Origin: Diplonema japonicum
Lineage: Eukaryota > Protista > Euglenozoa: Diplonemea
Direction: 5' to 3'
NCBI GenBank assembly: GCA_964019335.1
Contig: OZ025733.1
Span: forward strand, 124,001 to 188,000
Length of the DNA stretch: 64,000 bases
In this document: piece by piece, positions 34,582 to 45,300 of the stretch
Numbering within the stretch: position 1 is the stretch's first letter
How the letters are laid out: every line of letters starts with the position of its first letter
Position numbers and translations under genes: made by a program
Notes under the pieces: generated by a model
Databases searched by the model: none
The model's input: only the letters and a program-made list of their open reading frames with translations
Told to the model about the DNA's origin: nothing

Positions 34582-34583
<2 letters not shown>
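34268..34583 (+). mobile_element. Ribozyme-headed retroelement copy 4 (intact ribozyme; tail A variant), fused behind 5S
   Basis: Aligns with copies 1-3 and is followed by a long T tract. Confidence 0.88.
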
Positions 34584-34615
<32 letters not shown>

Positions 34616-34653
34616 GAAAAAAGGACCATATGAGGGCATTTTTTACGAATAAA

Positions 34654-34690
34654 AAAATAAAATAAAATAAAATAAAATAAAATAAAATAA
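34654..34690. repeat. (AAAAT)n microsatellite
   Basis: About 7 units visible. Confidence 0.85.
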
Positions 34691-34781
34691 AAAAAAAAAA
34701 GAGGTTTGCAGCAAGTATTGTGGGCCGTAAAATTCTTCCCCATCATAGCCACCACCACCACCACCACTACCCCCCTCCACA

Positions 34782-34812
<31 letters not shown>

Positions 34813-34869
34813 TTCCCATCTTTACCTGGGGAGGGGGAAAAAAAAAGAGAGGGGGAAGGGGGGGGAGAA

Positions 34870-37254
34870 ATGCAACAAAACACTTTAAACCACAAATTTA
34901 TAAAATACGATGACAACTACAAAGATCCCCAGCTGAAAGGTCTACGGGAAAAGCTGGAGGGTTCCATGAAAGAGATTAAGGCGGGAACCGACATGAAAAT
35001 AGGCGGAAAACGAGGCAGCACCAACGGGAGGGCGAAAATCGCCAGCGTACTGGGCCTCCGCCAGAGCCCCTTCTCAGAACGGATCGTCGACTTCTTTTTC
35101 TCTGGTGAAACTTTTTCCGAAGAACTATTTATGGATTGGGTAGAAATTCTACTGGGGAAAGGGAACTACCACCACAAGGCAAGGTTTATATTCTATATAT
35201 ACGACGTTCGCTCTTCCAAATCTTTGACCGAGTCTGATATTGAAGCTCTTCTCCTCCAAATTGTCACGGAAAACAAATTCAAGTTCAAACCTGCCTCGCT
35301 GGAGATCCTCACACAAGCTCTTTTTACCCAATTCGGGGAATTTTTGTCGGACGGGACAATGACGGAACAGGAGTTCATCGAATTTTCAGAAGGGTATCCG
35401 GAAATCCTCGACAATTTGACCATCGGGAACCTTTCGAACAACAACTGGAAGGCGGGGCTTTCTTACACATCGAGCAAGGACACGATCGCAGCGTTTCTCG
35501 GGAAGAATATCAGTTTGGACAGGCGGCAGATGCCGTGGAGCCGGAGATTGTATTATAAATGGCAGCTTGAGGGAAGCAAGTACATAATTCTCTTCCTGTG
35601 GATTGTCGTGATGGCGGTGATGTTCGGTTCTGAGTTCTCAAAGTACAATACCCAACTAAACTACGATCTGAGCGGGTACGCGATTCCAGTTGCAAAATCC
35701 GCGGGGGCAACTATCCGCCTCAACAGCCACCTGTTGCTGCTGCCTGTCTGCAAGCAGCTTTCGACCGCGATACGCGGGTTCTTTTACAACGCTAGTTTTC
35801 TGCGGTATTTCACAAAAAAAACCGATTTTTCACGCCACCACGGCCCGACGTGGCTGTGGGACAAACACATCTCCTTCCACAAACGCCTGGCCACAGCGAT
35901 GATCATCGCAGTTCCCGTTCACGTTATCGCGCATTTGATCAACGTTATTAAGATGGCAAATGCATCCGACGAGCTCATCATGAACCCGCACTACAATTGG
36001 TGCTGCGGTGAAGGGTCGTATTTCGACCGGTTTCCTTACTTAACGGAAAGTCCCGGAGTGGCACGGTTGCTGTTTCTGTCAGTACCAGGATGGACAGGAT
36101 GGCTTCTGCTGGTCATCTTAACATGCATCACCTACACCGCCCTCGCAAAAAACCGCTCGAAAAACTTCGAAAGATTCTTCTACACACATTACACTATGGT
36201 GTATTTCTACGCCTTGCTACTTGCCCATGGTTCGACACAACTGGTAGCCTTCCCGAGATTTTGGATATGGTCGCTGGTGTTTTTAACGTTGTTCTTGTTG
36301 AACACCATATTGCGGTTGAGGTCTATGAAGAAAGTCGCAATCGTATCCGCGAAGGTGGACTATCAAACACAATGGCTCGCGCTGACGTTGCAAAAACCGG
36401 AGAACTGGTCCGGAAGGACCGGGTCCTACGCGTTGCTGAACGTTCCGGAGATTTCGAGGACGCAGTTTCACCCGTTTACGCTGTCGAGCACCCCTGATTC
36501 CGAACACCTCGGGTTCCACATAAAATGTGCAGGAGATTGGACAAAAAACCTTCAAAACTTACTAAAACGCGGGGAGGACGGAAGAGGCTACCCCGAGGTA
36601 GTTGTCGAAGGCCCATATGCTTCAGCAGCGGAACACGTCTTCGAATATGACGTTTGTTTACTTTTCTGCGCTGGTATAGGTGTCACACCCTATGCATCCA
36701 TATTAGAACATATCAAAACCCGGCAGCAACGGAGGAAGAGTGAAGCGTTTCCACCACAACATAAACAGGGCACACCCGATAAACCAGCTCCGAATATATA
36801 TTTTTACTGGACGTGCCGGGATCAGTTTTCATTTTCGTGGTTCGGCGGATTGTTTGGAGAAATGCTCAAGGTCAAGCCCCAAGACGCAATTCAACCCTTC
36901 ACAAACCTCTCGCACCCCGCATTCCCCACTGACCGTTTCGTCCCCAACCTTTTCATGACAGGAGCCCTTCCCCAAGGCGATGTTTCAAACACAATTCTCC
37001 AAATGGCTCTCGATTCTGTATATCAAAAGACTAACATTGACCTTGTTACTGGCATAGCCGATTCTGGGCAAACCCGGTTCGGCCGTCCTAACATCGAAGC
37101 CGTCTTTGAGGAGATGATCGACACCTACCCGGGGAAGGAGATCGGTGTTTTCTTCTGCGGCCCGCAGGCTATGGGATCTTCCATCCACACGTATGCCCTG
37201 AATAAATCGGGAAAGCGGGGCACGATCTTTAGATATTTCAAAGAGGTGTTTTAA
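34870..37254 (+). CDS. NADPH oxidase with N-terminal EF-hand region (NOX5/RBOH-like)
   Basis: EF-hand-like FIFYIYDVRSSKSLTESD. Heme-ligating His pairs (FHK...HVIAH; FYTH...AHG), FAD motif HPFT, EGPY, AGIGVTPY, GVFFCGP, terminal FKEVF. Confidence 0.93.
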   Translation: MQQNTLNHKFIKYDDNYKDPQLKGLREKLEGSMKEIKAGTDMKIGGKRGSTNGRAKIASVLGLRQSPFSERIVDFFFSGETFSEELFMDWVEILLGKGNYHHKARFIFYIYDVRSSKSLTESDIEALLLQIVTENKFKFKPASLEILTQALFTQFGEFLSDGTMTEQEFIEFSEGYPEILDNLTIGNLSNNNWKAGLSYTSSKDTIAAFLGKNISLDRRQMPWSRRLYYKWQLEGSKYIILFLWIVVMAVMFGSEFSKYNTQLNYDLSGYAIPVAKSAGATIRLNSHLLLLPVCKQLSTAIRGFFYNASFLRYFTKKTDFSRHHGPTWLWDKHISFHKRLATAMIIAVPVHVIAHLINVIKMANASDELIMNPHYNWCCGEGSYFDRFPYLTESPGVARLLFLSVPGWTGWLLLVILTCITYTALAKNRSKNFERFFYTHYTMVYFYALLLAHGSTQLVAFPRFWIWSLVFLTLFLLNTILRLRSMKKVAIVSAKVDYQTQWLALTLQKPENWSGRTGSYALLNVPEISRTQFHPFTLSSTPDSEHLGFHIKCAGDWTKNLQNLLKRGEDGRGYPEVVVEGPYASAAEHVFEYDVCLLFCAGIGVTPYASILEHIKTRQQRRKSEAFPPQHKQGTPDKPAPNIYFYWTCRDQFSFSWFGGLFGEMLKVKPQDAIQPFTNLSHPAFPTDRFVPNLFMTGALPQGDVSNTILQMALDSVYQKTNIDLVTGIADSGQTRFGRPNIEAVFEEMIDTYPGKEIGVFFCGPQAMGSSIHTYALNKSGKRGTIFRYFKEVF

Positions 37255-37331
37255 CATTTTCTTCTTCCCCCCCCCCCCCCCCTCATTTTGCTTGCACATT
37301 AAAAAAAAAAAAAGCATACAGTTTTCCATCT

Positions 37332-37733
37332 ATGGTGTACTATGCTGTACACCACGAGGTGCGAATACCCAATGCCCTGCACACACGCGAGGTAGGGGAA
37401 CGGGAAGGGTGGTGGTCCGACGGGATGGCGGACATCTGCGACAAAACAGGTGTCATTGAAGACATCGTGCGGGACAGGTTAAAAATTCGTTTCACAGAAC
37501 CCCTCGGCGCGTGGTGGTTTTCTTTCAACGTCTTCGCCCAGGACCTGTCGTCTGACGAAGAGGAAGGCTGGTTCATCCAACACTGCTTCCCTTCCGACTC
37601 TGAGTCCGAACCAGAATCGGTTTCTGTGGCGTCGTCCAACGGCCCTCGCACGGAGGTCATCACCACATCAATTCAACCCGTAGCATTCTTGCGCAAATGC
37701 TATGGGGCAGGCTTCACAAGGGTTATCGTCTAA
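37332..37733 (+). CDS. Small protein with a Mind-bomb-type SH3-like repeat
   Basis: GWWSDGMADICDKTGVIEDI...KIRF...WWF resembles the MIB SH3-like repeat pattern. Acidic tail. Confidence 0.6.
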   Translation: MVYYAVHHEVRIPNALHTREVGEREGWWSDGMADICDKTGVIEDIVRDRLKIRFTEPLGAWWFSFNVFAQDLSSDEEEGWFIQHCFPSDSESEPESVSVASSNGPRTEVITTSIQPVAFLRKCYGAGFTRVIV

Positions 37734-37895
37734 TTCCCCCCCCCCCCCCTTTCCCCCTCAATTGTACTGTACTGTATTTTTATTAAAATTTTTTTCTTTC
37801 TTTCTTATTCTCATGCATTTTTTTTTTTGAAGTTTTTTTGTAAAGTTGCGGGGAGCGAGGGGGGAAAAAAAAAAGAAGAAAAAAAAGAAAAATAC

Positions 37896-38342
37896 ATGGA
37901 AGAAGGCTCGTGGCTTCGCAACACCGCATGCACGACAGGGAGCGGGTCGAGCTTGCTGGACAGGCCGAGCACCACATCAAGCAATGACTCTGTGTGTGTA
38001 GCAGACATGGATGAGTTCGTGAGCGAAATCCAGTCGGAGCTCATAGAGCAACACGGTGCGGCTGGGGTCATTAGGAAGGAGCAGCTTTGCGCCGTCCTAA
38101 GCAGAATGGGCCTTGACGCGACGGATGGGCTTCTGACCGGTCTATGGGTGGACACAGATACTCCTCAAGACCAACCTCTGCCGGTGCATCAAGTCCTTCA
38201 AGGGATCAGCACACGGGTTACAATCAGCCCATCTGAGCACGCGTCCACACCTCAGTCCAAGCGGTCTAAATCCTCCCCAACCCGAGGGCCTCCTTCACCC
38301 TTTCTGTGGTGGGGCACCAAACCTTTAGCAGATGCCTTGTGA
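37896..38342 (+). CDS. Hypothetical protein, possibly degenerate EF-hand
   Basis: 148-aa ORF after poly(A). GVIRKEQLCAVLSRMGL resembles an EF-hand exit helix. The 3' end is uncertain. Confidence 0.6.
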   Translation: MEEGSWLRNTACTTGSGSSLLDRPSTTSSNDSVCVADMDEFVSEIQSELIEQHGAAGVIRKEQLCAVLSRMGLDATDGLLTGLWVDTDTPQDQPLPVHQVLQGISTRVTISPSEHASTPQSKRSKSSPTRGPPSPFLWWGTKPLADAL

Positions 38343-38419
38343 ACGAAAATGGAGTGAGGGAGAGCTTTTTCCTGTTTCCACAAGAGTTGGGCCCCTCCTA
38401 TCCAAAGAAGTTCACGGGT

Positions 38420-38454
<35 letters not shown>

Positions 38455-38800
38455 TAGGTCGTCTTGTCTCATGTAACTGAGTTGGTTAAGATTTTCGGCC
38501 ATCGGGGCACTGATAGTGGCGGTACTAAAGTGTGTTCCCTCTCCCCTTCCCTTTAAATCTCCCTTCTTGTTGCTAACCTCTTTTTTTTTTTTTTTTTTTT
38601 TTCTTCTTCTTCTTTTTTTTTTTTTTTTCTTTTTTGATTGTTTTATATTCTTCCGCAAGAGGAAAAAAAAAAAGAAAAAGGGGGAGGGACAAAAAAAAAA
38701 AAAGAAAACTTGCCGTTGTACAACTTTCTTTTATTTGTCTTTGGAAGTCTGAAGGGAGACCTGGGAAGTGGGCGACACGACAGTTTTCATGGAAAAAAAG

Positions 38801-38933
38801 AAAATAACTATTTATTGCCAACAGATTATGACCATAATATCACTCGAGAACGGGGTTTTTTGCTCGAGGGCCCGGAGGGAATGGATCAGGAGTGAAAGGA
38901 ATAGCCATAATCTGGCGGCAAGTAAGTTATTTT
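38801..38933. mobile_element. Palindromic element, copy 2
   Basis: aataactatttattgccaacagattatg ... cataatctggcggcaagtaagttatt arms with a cgagggcccggaggg centre. Ends resemble 10216-10361. Confidence 0.65.
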
Positions 38934-39345
38934 ATCTTACTTTTGGCCAACTTTCGCGATCAAATAACAGCGCCAAAAATCAAACAATGAGCCCCCGCCA
39001 ATAAGACAATAGGGGCTTCCGGAGTGAGGAAATTTCTGAAAAAAGCAAAAAAAAGGTTTGTTTTGTTCAAGCCGGTTTGAACAAGGTCTCACAAAAACCT
39101 CTCTTTCACTCATGCATTTCTTCTTTTTTTTTTCTCCCCCTTTTTTTTATTCCCCTCTTCTTCTCACTAAATCTTTTTTTTTTTTTTTTTTCCTCTTCTC
39201 TATTTAATTCAAAAAAAAAACAATTGCTTACGGTACTTCCACACACAAAAAAAAGAAAAAAAAAGGAGAGGGGTGGAATTTCAAAAGAGGAAAAAAAAAA
39301 AAAAAAAAGAAGAAAAAAAGACGACCGACTCAACCATTGAATGGA

Positions 39346-42300
39346 ATGAACAAACAACAAAGCACAACCAAATCCACGCTTTTCTTGGCTGTGGCAACAT
39401 GCTTGTTTGCAGTATCCAGAGGCCAGGTAGTAGACCGTGAGGACCAGGAGATAGCAGGGGTCCTCATTGGTGGTGATGGATGGTCCCCAGGCTTCGTAGG
39501 ACGAGGAGTGGAAGGCGTTGCCAACCTAACCGGAAACCCGAGAACAATTTTCAAAAGCAGGACAAATCTGGTACGAACGGACTCGCACAGAGCACCCCCC
39601 ACAAATGCCTGGTGGGAGGACCTCCTGACAACTAACGCCACAACGGAAGTCGTGTCTGTAATGCCATTACAACTCAAAGCATGGTACCTCCAATGCCGTA
39701 TAGAACTGTCAGAAGGATCCACCGCTGTGAACGTTTCCTCACCCAACACCACATCAACATCCTTCACAGCCTCTGTTTCTGTTGTTATAGGATCGGCTTC
39801 GTGTTTCCCACAAGTTTCTGATTCGGACAGATTCGGAGTCAACGTTACTCTTAATGTAAACCCTGCCAACCCTGCCCCGGTCGGGAATTTACTGCTTGCC
39901 CGCGGGCATCCTTATGCAACGATAGATGTTTCCGATCAGGATATTTTCTTGTTTTCACACAAGGGGTGGGCGTCGTTATCGAGACTGAACATACCCACAG
40001 GCGGTTCTGTGAACTTTGTGGGGGACTTCGCGGATCTAGTTGATGTTGATGGTGACAGATGGTTGGTCAGCCTTCCTGCTGTTACAAATATCACCGCGTT
40101 GTCCTCCGGTACCGTAATCTTCCACGACAGGATCAACGGGTTCGTTCGTGTGAGTAAGGTTCCCGTCGCGGTGCAGCACCACACCGGCGGGTCCGGAAAC
40201 CTCCCCCACGAAACCTTCGAGACGCTGCGTCAAAACGCTGGCTGCACCGTCATTGGAGGCCTTATATCCCACAACCACACTTACAACCCCGACCGTTCTA
40301 TCACATCGGTAACCGGGGTTCGATACACATACACTTGGAGGGTCATCCCGGCAGGATGCACACCGTTGATGACAACGCTTCCTCATCATAGAGGTGGGGT
40401 TCTTTCCGGGACAACGGAGACTACATTGAAGTACCAATCGGTGTTGGGGGATCTGGACGGTGTTCTTGGAAGCGATTGGAGGTTCACGATACCGTTGAAG
40501 ATGTCGATCGACTCGCCGCGGGTAGAGAACTACACACAGTGCGGGTTGGTCGAGCTGTTTAACGCTCTCCTGTCGGACATCAAGACACATGGGAACGGGA
40601 CTTTGCTGGCGGATGACGAGTACGGTCTGCAGCTGTACCATATGGGAATGATGAGCACCACGGCGAAAACCCTGCGAGCGGACACACAGCTCAACACTGT
40701 CTTGGGCTACGCTAACGGGTGGATCGACCAGCTCAACGATGGTGTCCTTGTCTACGACACTTACTGGGGTGTCGTGTGTACCGATAGAAACACTGGCTCC
40801 GCACACGCAACTTGTTTTGGAGAGTCACATTTAATTGCATACGGTGAGATGCTGCACGCCTTGACCAAGCTGTGGCCCATTCTCCTCGACGACACCGCAT
40901 CGCAGCAAGACCGCATCCGAACTGAGTCGAAGCTCGCGAGAATGGCCAGAGCGCTAATCCGCAACCTGGCAAACCTGTCCGAAAAAGATGAATACTTCCC
41001 TGTCTCAAGGGGATTCGATTGGTACACAGGGCTTGCTTGGGATAGATATGGCGTGCGACCCAACTCCCCAGGACGTACCGCATCACCATTGGGAACCACT
41101 TTATTGGCGTACGACGCGGTTGGGCTGCTCGGACAGAAGTATCTAAACGACCCTGAAATCGTAATCTCGGGTGAGCTTTTGCTGTCCCAAGAATCCTGGG
41201 CCGCCACATTTTATCTCATGAAAGACGACAGCGATGGGCTTGGAGTGGTGGTCGAAGTACTGGACCATGACAAGTCGGTTAGAGGCGACGATTTGTTAGT
41301 GCTCGCTCCGTTCGACAAGTCCGTTACGCCTCATATAAAACCAGTGATACCTTTTTTGAACGAGACGCAGCTTGCTCTTCAAGGCTCCACGGGTACTCCC
41401 TTCGATATCATGCTGCTTTCATTGCTGAACCCCACCCGCGCGCTTCAAATCCACCTCGAAATCGGCGATAATTTAGGTTACACAAACGCCTCTTTAGACA
41501 CGCGTGTCGGCGACGTCGTTACCTTGATGGAGAGAAACGGCGGGTCCGGGTGTTCTGACGCGGGGTTCGAGCTTCCGATCAGGGTTTTAGGCACCACGAT
41601 ATGGTACAAAAACTCATTCAATTACCTGTTCAAAGTCATGGACTACCAACCGACCGTGATCGGGAAGGCGGTGACGAGCTACAACATCTACGAGATGGCG
41701 CGGTTCGGTGACATATTAAGGAGAGATGTCACGCATATAAAGTCGCTGGGCTTCAACACGGTGATGATCTCCACGGCTACGTTTTCGGTCGACGCTTTCC
41801 TCACGATGTGCAAGGAGCTGGACATGAACGTCATCGTTGCCCAGATCCTCCCAGCTGCCGGGTTCGCAACAGAGAAGTTCATCGCTGAGGCAGATTTCAA
41901 GCAGATGCTGACGTACCTTGCGGCACATACAAACATTGTCATGTGGTCCATCGATTCCGCAGCCCTGACTACCATCCAAGACGCCATTGACTACTACGTT
42001 CTTCTCCGTAAGCTCCGTCTTCTCCGCGACGAGCACGACCCGACAAAACGCCCGATCATGGTCCCCTTGACGGAGTTCACGCTTCCCAAACTGACTGTCA
42101 ACAAAGGACTTTACGATCTGGCCGTTGAAGTCGCGATTTTAACAACGCTTGAAGCCGACTACGCGCGTATCAAAACCAACATGCAATTCCTAGACCATCC
42201 GGTCATCGTGAACTTCAAGTCCGACTCATGGAACCACGTCAACGAGACGAACGACGAGGAGTACCAGTCGAAGTTTTTGAAATCGCAAATTGAGATCACG

Positions 42301-45300
42301 CTTCCCCTCCACTCCGAACAGCTCCTGTCCGGCATCGCTGTCACTGAATACGTCGACCAATATTGGAGGGGGTCGCAATCCGACCCCGATTTCGACTGTC
42401 CCGATCCGTCAAGCTTCAGGCATTCTGTGTGCGGAGTGCGTGTTGCGGAGTTCCATGACGGGATGCTGACCTCTGAGTACATGGGCATCAACGCACAGTC
42501 TCAAACATGGTTCAAGCATTGTATCCGACACAAGGCAGCCTACTATATGCTGCGGGACTTGCTTGGCGGGACAGCGCTACCGACGGACCATCACGAGGTT
42601 TGCGAGTACGTTGATCAAACCAACAGCTACTGGAAGCTCATCATCTGGGTGACAGTAGCTTGCGGTGTAGCGTGTCTGTGCCTCATCATCGCCAGTCTCT
42701 TCCAAGAGGACACAATAATTGACGACACAGCCATCGTCGCCAAAGACCGTTGGGCCCAAGCAGATACCGATGAAATTTACGGGTTGATAACCCACGGCAC
42801 CACCACACTTCTCGACCAACCCCCGTTCAGCGGGATGAACATCCAGAACATTGACGAAGACCTCGACGACGAAGAGGAAGTGGAGGTCGATTCATGGGAA
42901 TTCTGCAGATGGCAAGTCATTATAATCCAGCTGGACCATCTTCAAAAGGTCATCTTCGACGAGATGGTTTGCCAGCTGAAGATCGGAAGCTTAGAGGACG
43001 TCGGTGAAAACCCGCAAGGGTTTAAAACCGCTGTGGACACACTGCACAAGAGATACCTCAACTCATACCTAGGTTGGTTCGATTCACAAAAAACCAAGAC
43101 TGGCGCTGCTTTAGGAGAGTGCCACCATGTAAGATGGGAAATCGAGTTCGGGTCTGAAGAAGAGCCGATCTACATGCCCCTTAGGGAGGACGTATCGACT
43201 GAAATCGAATCAGCTTGGAAGGAAAATGTCAACGCACTGGAACTCGTGCACGACGGCCGGGACTACGACATGGTGATTGACACCGAACTGTGCCCGGAGC
43301 GTGACATCGCTCTTATTTACGATAAATACCAGGACGGAGCCCCTGTTGGTACCGCGTATAGGCGTGCGAGAACAGGGACAGGTAACACCACCAACGACCA
43401 GCTCATCGATCTGTTGATTTTGCTGTCTCTGTGGCACCTCGGGGAACAACTGACCTGGTTCAACGGACACTGGCTGAACTGGCAGTTCCATTATGTTATG
43501 AAACACATGAAATTCCCCGCCACGACCATTCTCAATGATTGCAGGCATTTTGAAAACCGCACCGTTACCATGGACGATATTAACGAGTCGTGTGCGATTA
43601 AGCCCTACTTCGACATTGAGGGAACTCGTGGTGTTGACGAGGAGGGCCATGTTCTGCTGAAGGACGGGGTGTACAATGAAGATGAGATTAAGCGGTACCC
43701 GTTTCAAAAAACGTTCAGGGAGCCGAGGAAGTGGGGCATCGTGTTCTCGATCATCCACAACATCTACTTCATCGTCCACACGCAGGTTATGTCCTTCGTG
43801 TTCTGGTCGTTGGTGGTCAACATCTCAGCGAGGGACCAACGGTTGGCCGACAAAGGAATCTCGGGAATGTTTGACAGAATGGAGCTTGTCTTCTTCCATT
43901 CCCCAGACCACCTCAGATGGATCCTCACCACATGCGCAAAGCTTGATTTTTGGTTAGTTGTTGTCGGTGAAATAATGGACGTGTGGATGCTCGGAGGTTT
44001 CTTCCACTACACCTCTCAAGACTGGGCACCGACATTCTTACGTGTGAAATTCCTCGACTACATAAAGCTGAGATGGTCTGCGTACACATCTGTCACCGCG
44101 TTCATCATCTTAATGGGGAGCACGTTTTGGGATGACACCTTCACCGCAACCTTCGCAACCATCGGTTCATACGTTTTGGTAAGAGTCTTCGGGATTATCA
44201 TAAGCAACGCTGTTTTGGTCTTGTGGCCTGTTCGACTGCGAGGCGCCCCTCGTAGAGGTAAGGCTTTAAACAGGAAAGAGGTCATCCAAGAATTCAGCGG
44301 ATCGGTTCTGTTCTGGGTACTGTGCTACTCCTCCGTCCAGCTCTTCCAAGCGTGGATTATGTTCCGTACAGAAACAGTCAGCTGGGAGTTTTGCGACTGC
44401 GACGACTCGTACTCAGATATCATCGAAACAGGAATCGCACAGTTCGGGCACGATTTCTTCGGAAGAATGTTTACATGTGCTGATAAGGAGCCCCGTTGTT
44501 TCACCGCGGTGTTTCTGATCTGGCTCACCGCCATTGCCCTGTTCATCGTTGCTGTCAATGCAGGGTTCTTGGTGTGGACTGTTCTGTTCGGGTCGTTCTC
44601 CCATTTCCACAGCCAGTGGAAATCCAGAAAAGCGAGGTCTTTGGTTGGAAAGAAGATCCAGACAGCGTACATCCTCAGATCCTTGAACGTTAAGATGCTT
44701 GGTTTCACAGACCCGAGGGACACGCAGGTTGCTAGAAAAGTGTGGAATCGCGTAATCAAAGAGCTTTGGGACGAGTATCTGATCTCCGCATTTGAGTACG
44801 AAAACCTGCTGATCCACACCCACGTCCACGAGGTGCAGTTTGCGTTGGAAAATGATTTCGCGATGGAGAGGCTCTCGAATTTTTTGGAGTACATCCAGTC
44901 AACGGACGAGGATGGGTTGGGACCGTGCTCAACCTACCCGAGCATTTCGATCGTTATACCTGTTTATGGGGAGGATCTGGTCTGCGCTGGTGCCAACACA
45001 ACGGGCGCTTTCAACGAAAAACTGCGCAGCCACCAGCAGGAGAAAACACAGCTTAACTTCTTGATCGACTCGTACAACGACGAGTGGGTGAACTTCGTGG
45101 AGCACTGCGTGCTAGACGAAGAGTTCTTCCACGATGTTCTGACCGAAGAACAGGTCGATCAGATGCAAACAGATGTCGAGGAGCTCAAGGCCGTTACAGA
45201 CGGGAAGACAAAGCGAGACATGAAAGGCGACAGGGAACTCCGTACCTCCGCGGCAAATATCATTGCAGACAAGATACACACCCAACCGCATTTGTTTTAT

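Noticed and set aside
34000-34700. Spliced-leader RNA gene linked to the 5S copy
   Set aside because: No euglenozoan SL exon-like sequence with a donor site is visible near the 5S copy or elsewhere.
38340-38556. In-frame TGA read-through (selenocysteine) plus a T-rich GT-AG intron at 38418-38457
   Set aside because: The TGA contexts lack redox motifs, no SECIS is recognisable and the extension has no identifiable homology. More likely UTR.
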